This document shows, piece after piece, positions 26,127-32,000 of a stretch of 32,000 nt of DNA. How positions within the stretch are numbered: position 1 is the stretch's first letter; every line of letters starts with the position of its first letter. Below the pieces are notes generated by a model. It saw nothing but the letters and a program-made list of their open reading frames with translations. It did not search any database and was not told where the DNA came from. The stretch lies in contig NC_007493.2 of the NCBI RefSeq assembly GCF_000012905.2, positions 2,430,001 to 2,462,000 on the forward strand. The letters are read 5' to 3'. A program made the position numbers and the translations under genes. This DNA comes from Cereibacter sphaeroides 2.4.1. GTDB taxonomy: Bacteria > Pseudomonadota > Alphaproteobacteria > Rhodobacterales > Rhodobacteraceae.

Positions 26127-27875
26127 ATGTCCGACACACCCGAGCAAGGCTATCAGGTCCTTGCCCGCAAATACCGCCCGCAGACCTTCGCCGACCTGAT
26201 CGGTCAGGACGCGATGGTGCGCACGCTGAAGAACGCCTTCGCGGCGGACCGGATCGCCCATGCCTTCGTGATGACCGGCGTGCGGGGCGTGGGCAAGACG
26301 ACCACGGCGCGGATCATCGCCAAGGGGCTGAACTGCGTGGGCCCGGACGGCACCGGCGGCCCCACGACCGAGCCCTGCGGCCAGTGCGAGCCCTGCCGCG
26401 CCATTTCCGAAGGCCGCCATGTCGACGTGATGGAGATGGACGCCGCCTCGCGCACCGGGGTGGGCGACATCCGCGAGATCATCGACTCGGTCCACTACCG
26501 GGCCGCCTCGGCGCGCTACAAGATCTACATCATCGACGAGGTCCATATGCTCTCGACCAGCGCGTTCAACGCGCTGCTCAAGACGCTCGAGGAACCGCCC
26601 GCCCATGTGAAATTCATTTTCGCCACCACCGAGATCCGCAAGGTGCCGGTCACGGTGCTGTCGCGCTGCCAGCGGTTCGACCTGAAGCGGATCGAGCCCG
26701 AGGTGATGATGGCCCACCTCTCCCGCGTGGCGGGGAAAGAGGGCGCAGAACTCACCCGCGATGCGCTGGCGCTCATCACCCGTGCGGCCGAAGGGTCGGT
26801 GCGCGACGCGATGAGCCTGATGGATCAGGCCATCGCGCACGGGGCGGGCGAGACCACCGCCGATCAGGTGCGCGCGATGCTGGGGCTGGCCGACCGCGGC
26901 CGCGTGCTCGATCTCTTCGATCTGGTGATGAAGGGCGAGGCGGCAGCGGCGCTGGCCGAACTCTCCGGCCAATATGCCGACGGGGCCGACCCGATGGCCG
27001 TGCTGCGCGATCTGGCCGAGATCACGCACTGGATCTCGATCATCAAGATCAGCCCCGAGGCGGCCGAGGATCCGACCACGCCGCCCGACGAACGCACACG
27101 GGGGCTCGAGATGGCGGAGCGGCTGCCGATGCGGGTGCTGACCCGCATGTGGCAGATGCTGCTCAAGGCCATCGAGGAGGTCTCGCTGGCGCCGAACGCC
27201 ATGATGGCGGCCGAGATGGCGGTGATCCGCCTGACCCATGTGGCCGATCTGCCCGATCCCGAGGCGCTGATCCGCAGGCTCCAGTCCGAGCCGCGGCCCG
27301 GCCCGGGCCCGGGCGGCGGCGTTCAGGCGGGCACGCAGGCGGCGCCTGCCGCGCCGATGGCGCGGATGCAGGCTGCCCCGCCGCGCGCCGCGCACCCGGC
27401 GCCGCAGGCCTCGGGGGCCGCCACGGCCGTGGCCCTCGCTCCCGGCACCCTCCCCTGCCAGAGCTTCGAGCAGATGGTCGAGCTGATCCGGCAGAAGCGC
27501 GACATGAAGCTCTTGTACGAGGTCGAGACCGGCGTGCGCCTCGTCCGCTTCGCCCCGGGGCGGATCGAGTTCGAGCCGGCACCCGACGCCGCCCCCGATC
27601 TTGCCGCGCGGCTGTCGCAGCGGCTGCAGGGCTGGACCGGCGGGCGCTGGGGCATCTCGGTCGTCTCGGGCGGCGGCGCGCCGACGCTCGCCGAAGAGCG
27701 CGACAAGGGGCGCCTTGAAGAAGAGGCGCGCGCACTGGAAAACCCACTCGTCCAGGCGGTGATGGCCGCCTTCCCGGGCGCGCGGATCGCCGAGATCCGC
27801 AGGCTCGAGGAACAGGCCGCGGCCGAGGCTCTGCCCGAGGTCGAGGACGAGTGGGACCCGTTCGAGGACAATTGA
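26127..27875 (+). CDS. dnaX: DNA polymerase III subunit tau/gamma
   Basis: 582 aa with an AAA+ clamp-loader N-terminus (GVRGVGKTTTARI, a Zn module with CGQCEPC, DEVHMLS, SRC motif LSRCQRF), a Pro/Ala-rich linker and a tau C-terminal domain. Confidence 0.95.
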   Translation: MSDTPEQGYQVLARKYRPQTFADLIGQDAMVRTLKNAFAADRIAHAFVMTGVRGVGKTTTARIIAKGLNCVGPDGTGGPTTEPCGQCEPCRAISEGRHVDVMEMDAASRTGVGDIREIIDSVHYRAASARYKIYIIDEVHMLSTSAFNALLKTLEEPPAHVKFIFATTEIRKVPVTVLSRCQRFDLKRIEPEVMMAHLSRVAGKEGAELTRDALALITRAAEGSVRDAMSLMDQAIAHGAGETTADQVRAMLGLADRGRVLDLFDLVMKGEAAAALAELSGQYADGADPMAVLRDLAEITHWISIIKISPEAAEDPTTPPDERTRGLEMAERLPMRVLTRMWQMLLKAIEEVSLAPNAMMAAEMAVIRLTHVADLPDPEALIRRLQSEPRPGPGPGGGVQAGTQAAPAAPMARMQAAPPRAAHPAPQASGAATAVALAPGTLPCQSFEQMVELIRQKRDMKLLYEVETGVRLVRFAPGRIEFEPAPDAAPDLAARLSQRLQGWTGGRWGISVVSGGGAPTLAEERDKGRLEEEARALENPLVQAVMAAFPGARIAEIRRLEEQAAAEALPEVEDEWDPFEDN

Positions 27876-27887
27876 GAGGAGCAACGA

Positions 27888-28232
27888 ATGCTGAAGGGTT
27901 TGGGCGGTCTTGGCGACATGGCCAAGATGATGAAGGCCGCGCAGGGATTCCAGGAGAAGATGGCGCAGCTTCAGGAAGATCTGGGCGGCATGACCGTCGT
28001 GGGCGAATCGGGCGCGGGTCTCGTGCGCGCCACGGCGACCGCCAAGGGCGAGCTGACCGGCCTCGAGATCGACCCGTCGATCTTCGTCGCCTCGGAGAAG
28101 GAAGTGGTCGAGGATCTGATCCTCGCCGCGATCAAGGATGCCCAGTCCAAGGCCTCGGAACGGGCCAAGGAAGAGATGGGCAAGCTAACGGAAGGCCTCG
28201 GCCTGCCGCCGGGCATGAAGCTGCCCTTCTGA
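27888..28232 (+). CDS. ybaB: Nucleoid-associated protein YbaB/EbfC
   Basis: 114 aa starting [32 protein letters not shown], typical of the family. GAGAGGA RBS. The position between dnaX and recR is conserved. Confidence 0.93.
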   Translation: MLKGLGGLGDMAKMMKAAQGFQEKMAQLQEDLGGMTVVGESGAGLVRATATAKGELTGLEIDPSIFVASEKEVVEDLILAAIKDAQSKASERAKEEMGKLTEGLGLPPGMKLPF

Positions 28233-28233
28233 C

Positions 28234-28833
28234 ATGGCCGAAGCCCCCGGCGACATCGAGCGTCTGATCGAGCTGATGGCGCGGCTGCCGGGGCTCGGGC
28301 CCCGCTCCGCCCGCCGGGCGGTGCTTCTGATGCTGAAGAAGCGGGGGGCCGTCATGGCCCCTCTGGCACAGGCCATGGCCGAAGTCGCGACCAGCGCGCG
28401 CGATTGTGTGCGCTGCGGCAACATCACGAACGCCGATCTCTGCGGGATCTGCCGCGACGAGCGCCGCGCCACGGGCGAGCTCTGCGTGGTGGAGGATGTG
28501 GCCGACCTCTGGGCGCTCGAGCGCGCAGGCGCCTTCCGCGGCCGCTATCATGTGCTGGGCGGCGTTCTCTCGGCGCTGGATTCGGTCGGCCCCGAGGAGC
28601 TGCGCATCCCCCGCCTCGCCGAGCGGGTGCGCGAGGAGGGCATCTCCGAGGTGATCCTCGCGCTCAATGCAACGGTGGACGGCCAGACCACGGCCCATTA
28701 CATCGCCGACGTGCTCGAGCCTTCGGGCGTGCAGGTCACGTCGCTGGCCCAGGGCGTGCCCATCGGCGGCGAGCTCGACTATCTCGACGACGGCACCATC
28801 GGTGCCGCCCTCCGCGCCCGCCGGCGGTTCTGA
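28234..28833 (+). CDS. recR: Recombination protein RecR
   Basis: 199 aa with an HhH N-terminus, a C4 zinc finger ([18 protein letters not shown]) and a Toprim domain. It starts 1 nt after the ybaB stop. Confidence 0.95.
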   Translation: MAEAPGDIERLIELMARLPGLGPRSARRAVLLMLKKRGAVMAPLAQAMAEVATSARDCVRCGNITNADLCGICRDERRATGELCVVEDVADLWALERAGAFRGRYHVLGGVLSALDSVGPEELRIPRLAERVREEGISEVILALNATVDGQTTAHYIADVLEPSGVQVTSLAQGVPIGGELDYLDDGTIGAALRARRRF

Positions 28834-28911
28834 GGGCCGGCCCCGAACCGTCTCTGCCCCCGAACCACCTGTCAAATCCCCGGAGCGGCCGCCTGCCCCC
28901 CGGGGTGCGGG

Positions 28912-30204
28912 TCACGCGCTCGCAGGTACGAGCCTCGAGACGGTCCGGTCGACGGGGCGCTGCATCCCCCGCACGAGGCGCTGGAAGCCGGTCGCAATGC
29001 GCGTCCAGACCCGGCTGGCCTCGGGCGAGACCGGGGTCATCAGCCGCAGGAAGAGCCAGCTCTGCCCCAGCATGATCGCGAAGAAGACAAGCGCGAGCGG
29101 CAGGCCGCCTCCCAGCGCGGGCAGCCGCTCGGGCGCGAGATAGAGCAGGATGTTGCCGAAGGAGAAGGTGAAGAGGCTGGTCCGCCCGAGGAACAGGACG
29201 GGCTTGCCCCACCGCCGCCCCAGCCGGTCGAAGAGCAGCACCGCCAGCAACACCTCAAGAAGCGTGGCCGTGAGGCCGATGGCGGCATAGATCGGATGGT
29301 TGTCGTTGCGCAGGCTCATGTCGGCGATCGCCACGACGGTCTGGTAGGGCGCCTGCCAGTTCCATAGCGCCGCCGAGGCACCGGCCGTCGTGGCCAGCAT
29401 CAGCCCGAGCACGAGCGCGCCGCGGCGCCGCTCGGACGCCTCTGCGGACAGGAGGAGCCGCACGCCGCGCCCGAGGATCATGCCCGCCGCGACCAGCGCG
29501 AGCCCGTGCAGCACCGACGGGCCGCCCGCCTCGCTGGTGCCGCCATAGAGGAAGCTCGCGGGCTTCTGGAGGTAGTCGCGCCCGAAGAGCAACGGCGGCT
29601 CCGGCAGCTGGGCCAGCAGCGGATGGGCGGCGGGCACCGCCACCGCAAAGAGGAGCACCGCGCCGAGCCCGTGGCGGAGCCGCATCCGCAGGAGCAGGGG
29701 CGCGGCGAGGAGGGCCAGGGCGTAGAACTTCAGGATATCCGCATAGGGCGTCACGCCCAGCATCAGGAGGCAGCGGATCGTATAGCCCAGCGACTGACCG
29801 CCCGAGACATGCAGCGCGATCACCGTCAGCGCATAGAGCAGGTAGCATTGCAGCGCCCGCGTCCAGAGCTGCCGGGTAGCCGCCTCGGCCCCGCCCGCAG
29901 CGAAGCGCGGCGCATAGACGATCTCGAGCATCGCGCCGAACAGGCAGATGAAGGTCACCGGCGCGGTCTGGATCGCGAAGCGGGTGAAGGTGGCGGTCGG
30001 GCCGTGCCACGCCTCGAACACGTCGAACTGGATCAGCGTATGGCTCAGCATGGCCAGCATGATCGCGAGCGAGCGGGTCACGTCCACGCCGTTGATGCGC
30101 GCGGCGGAACTCCGGGAAGGATTGGGCGGCATGGTCGGTCCTGCATTGGGGGCGGCTACGCGACCGGAAGTGGCGGAGCCCCCTGCCGGGAGGGAAATGG
30201 TCAC
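28912..30204 (-). CDS. Polytopic inner-membrane protein, acyltransferase_3 / OpgC / DUF1624-like
   Basis: About 10 predicted hydrophobic segments. The N-terminal motif RINGVDVTRSLAIMLAMLSH resembles the R-x-D-x-x-R-x-x-A...H start of membrane O-acyltransferases. The track start at 30204 is a GTG. An alternative ATG at 30130..30132 has AGGA upstream. The function call is tentative. Confidence 0.5.
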   Translation of the reverse strand: MTISLPAGGSATSGRVAAPNAGPTMPPNPSRSSAARINGVDVTRSLAIMLAMLSHTLIQFDVFEAWHGPTATFTRFAIQTAPVTFICLFGAMLEIVYAPRFAAGGAEAATRQLWTRALQCYLLYALTVIALHVSGGQSLGYTIRCLLMLGVTPYADILKFYALALLAAPLLLRMRLRHGLGAVLLFAVAVPAAHPLLAQLPEPPLLFGRDYLQKPASFLYGGTSEAGGPSVLHGLALVAAGMILGRGVRLLLSAEASERRRGALVLGLMLATTAGASAALWNWQAPYQTVVAIADMSLRNDNHPIYAAIGLTATLLEVLLAVLLFDRLGRRWGKPVLFLGRTSLFTFSFGNILLYLAPERLPALGGGLPLALVFFAIMLGQSWLFLRLMTPVSPEASRVWTRIATGFQRLVRGMQRPVDRTVSRLVPASA

Positions 30205-30225
30205 ATCAATCGACGCGGCTCAAAC

Positions 30226-30255
30226 GGGAACAACCGCCCGAGGGCGGTTGTTCCC
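30226..30255 (-). terminator. Hairpin terminator after the DUF1013 gene
   Basis: 13-bp perfect stem GGGAACAACCGCC / GGCGGTTGTTCCC with loop CGAG, 73 nt after the stop at 30328. The minus-strand 3' flank GTTTG is only a weak U-tract. Confidence 0.55.
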
Positions 30256-30327
30256 GTGGTCGCTCATCGAAGCGCCCCCATCAATGCAAAAGCCTGCTGC
30301 GCCGCAGAATGAGCGGTAGACTGCCGA

Positions 30328-31074
30328 TCAGCGGGCCGGATCCTCGTCTTCTTCCTCGTCCGCATCGTCGCCGTGCGGCAGATTGAAGAAGGAATCGGCA
30401 TCCGAGAAATCGGCGGGACGCTTTTCTTCCTCGCTGCGACCGAACTGCTCAAGGCCCGAGGGCATCCGCGGCTCGTCCGGCATCGAGAGCGACTGTTCGG
30501 TGGAGACGAGCTTGCGCCGCTCGTCGTCGCTCATCACCACGCCTTCGGCGGCCTTGCGGCGGGCCGCTTGCTGCACCGCTGCGTCGAGCTCGGTCTGGCG
30601 GCAGAGGCCGAGGGCGACCGGATCGATGGGCTGGATCGAGCCGATGTTCCAGTGGGTGCGCTCTCGGATCGACTGGATGGTGGGCTTGGTGGTGCCCACG
30701 AGCTTGGCGATGGCGCCGTCCGAGAGCTCGGGGTGGAACTTCACCAGCCACAGGATCGCCGCCGGCCGGTCCTGCCGCTTGGAGAGCGGCGTGTAGCGCG
30801 GGCCGCGGCGCTTCTCCTCGCCGACGGCGGCGGGGTTGAACTTGAGCTTCATCTTGTAGAGCGGGTCGCGCTGACCCTTCTCGATCTCGATCGCGTCGAG
30901 CTGGTTGTTGGCGACGGGATCGAACCCCTTGACGCCGGTCGCCACGTCACCGTCGGCGATGCCCTGCACCTCGAGCTCGTGCATTCCGCAGAAATCGGCG
31001 ATCTGGCGGAACGAGAGGGTGGTGTTGTCGATCAGCCAGACGGCGGTGGCCTTGGACATCAGCGGCTTGTTCAT
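30328..31074 (-). CDS. DUF1013-family protein (TrcR-like cell-cycle transcriptional regulator family) with an acidic C-terminal tail
   Basis: 248 aa starting at MNKPLMSKATAVWLIDNTTLSFRQIADFCGMHELEVQGIADG. Two HTH-like repeats (second: AIAKLVGTTKPTIQSIRERTHWN). Tail DDADEEEDEDPAR. The track N-terminal extension to 31272 was rejected. Confidence 0.75.
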   Translation of the reverse strand: MNKPLMSKATAVWLIDNTTLSFRQIADFCGMHELEVQGIADGDVATGVKGFDPVANNQLDAIEIEKGQRDPLYKMKLKFNPAAVGEEKRRGPRYTPLSKRQDRPAAILWLVKFHPELSDGAIAKLVGTTKPTIQSIRERTHWNIGSIQPIDPVALGLCRQTELDAAVQQAARRKAAEGVVMSDDERRKLVSTEQSLSMPDEPRMPSGLEQFGRSEEEKRPADFSDADSFFNLPHGDDADEEEDEDPAR

Positions 31075-31157
31075 CGGACGATCCTCTGCAAATCTTGACC
31101 ATGCCGGGAAAACGGCTGCGGCCGGGCCGCGTCTTCTCGTTTTCGGGAAGTTCACGC

Positions 31158-31168
31158 TGGCATATAAT
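31158..31168 (+). promoter_or_regulatory. Candidate -10 region for the RNase T2 gene
   Basis: TGGCATATAAT contains a perfect TATAAT (31163..31168), 28 nt upstream of the ATG, and GAGGGGAAG RBS follows. There is no good -35. This is one of the few AT-rich hexamers in the window. Confidence 0.35.
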
Positions 31169-31195
31169 GCCGTTCCACCGCGAGGGGAAGTGAAA

Positions 31196-31816
31196 ATGCG
31201 TCTGCTGGCTTTCACGCTTGCGCTGGCTGCGGCTCCCGCGCTCGCAGACCACGACCGGGCGGGGGATTTCACCCATTACATCCTCGCGCTGAGCTGGGAG
31301 CCCACCTGGTGCGCACTCGAGGGCGAGGCACGCGGGGCCGAGGAATGCAGCTGGGGCCGCGGCTTCGTGCTCCACGGGCTCTGGCCGCAGCGCGAGCAGG
31401 GCTGGCCCGCCTTCTGCCTGACAACCGAGCGCGATCCGTCGCGGCGCGAGACGGCCGGGATGGCCGATCTGATCGCGCCGGGGCTCGCGTGGCATCAATG
31501 GAAGAAGCACGGCCGCTGCGCGGGCCTGCCGGCCACGGACTATTTCGCGCTGATGCGCCGCGCGGTGGAGCGCGTCGTAGTCCCCGAGCCGCTCCGGCAC
31601 CTGCCCGTGGACATCTCGCTGCCGCCCCGCGTGCTGGAAGAGGCTTTCACCGAAGCCAATCCGGGCCTCGCGCCCGAGGGCATCACCGTGGCCTGCGAGG
31701 CAGGCCATGTGCAGGAGGTGCGGATCTGCCTGACGAAGGATCTGGACTTCCGCCCCTGTGCGCTCGAGGCGCGGCCGGATTGCCCGCTGCCGCTCGCGAA
31801 GATGGACCGGCCCTAG
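31196..31816 (+). CDS. Secreted ribonuclease T2 family (RNase I-like)
   Basis: 206 aa with signal peptide MRLLAFTLALAAAPALA, the catalytic motifs CAS I (FVLHGLWPQ) and CAS II (WHQWKKHGRCAG), and conserved Cys pairs. Confidence 0.85.
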   Translation: MRLLAFTLALAAAPALADHDRAGDFTHYILALSWEPTWCALEGEARGAEECSWGRGFVLHGLWPQREQGWPAFCLTTERDPSRRETAGMADLIAPGLAWHQWKKHGRCAGLPATDYFALMRRAVERVVVPEPLRHLPVDISLPPRVLEEAFTEANPGLAPEGITVACEAGHVQEVRICLTKDLDFRPCALEARPDCPLPLAKMDRP

Positions 31817-31841
31817 GCGGTTCTCGCCCGGCGGAGGAAGG

Positions 31842-31860
31842 CCGGGGGCGCTGCCCCCGG
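31842..31860 (+). terminator. Hairpin after the RNase T2 gene
   Basis: Stem CCGGGGGC / GCCCCCGG with loop GCT, 26 nt after the stop. No clean T-tract follows (an ACCCCCGGG palindrome, then ATATTTGAACC). Confidence 0.35.
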
Positions 31861-32000
31861 ACCCCCGGGATATTTGAACCAGAATGAATGAGGGGAGGGT
31901 GAGGTCGGGCGTTCGAGGTCGCGTTGCGGCGGATGTCCCTGGGGGGGGCCGCGAGGCTGTTTCCCCGGGGGGCTTCGGGAAGGGACGGACGGTCCGGTCC

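Noticed and set aside
26127-27875. Looked for the dnaX programmed -1 frameshift site (A AAA AAG plus a downstream hairpin) that produces gamma in E. coli.
   Set aside because: Reading through the gene, I see no run of six or more A residues and no comparable slippery heptamer. If a gamma form exists here, it is not made by the E. coli-type signal.

Overview
Strongly GC-rich alphaproteobacterial chromosome segment. Gene content and order match the oxygen-respiration/FnrL region known from Rhodobacter (Cereibacter) sphaeroides-type Rhodobacterales; this was recognised from protein motifs and synteny only, with no search run. Layout, left to right: a HAD hydrolase (5' partial); a DD-carboxypeptidase with a SPOR tail; ccoS-ccoI-ccoH-ccoG and ccoP-ccoQ-ccoO-ccoN on the minus strand (cbb3 oxidase plus its assembly genes, rdxBHIS in R. 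sphaeroides naming); a tandem-Usp protein; fnrL; hemN; a minus-strand yejABEF-type peptide ABC importer with a GT4 glycosyltransferase tacked on; a membrane-anchored cytochrome c (cy-like); pheA; an SRPBCC protein; nudC; a signal-less CpdB/5'-nucleotidase-family phosphoesterase; SRP RNA (ffs)-dnaX-ybaB-recR; an acyltransferase_3/OpgC-like membrane protein; a DUF1013/TrcR-like protein; and a secreted RNase T2. Non-coding features I can support are four FNR-type boxes (TTGAT-N4-ATCAA class), the SRP RNA with a good sigma70-like promoter, and several GC-rich hairpin terminators. I found no CRISPR array, tRNA/rRNA, transposase/integrase, prophage or recognisable defence genes, so the window reads as conserved core genome and I do not see a convincing new multi-gene system. 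The points most worth follow-up are regulatory and architectural: (1) the FNR box geometry at fnrL/hemN; (2) the back-to-back boxes at ccoN/usp; (3) a hairpin type with an identical GGAGAGATCC core after both ccoP and ccoS; (4) a 17-nt motif shared by two intergenic regions next to respiratory genes; (5) the glycosyltransferase coupled to yejF; (6) the apparently cytoplasmic CpdB-like enzyme divergent from nudC. Many long ORFs in the track are antisense shadows typical of GC-rich DNA and were rejected.
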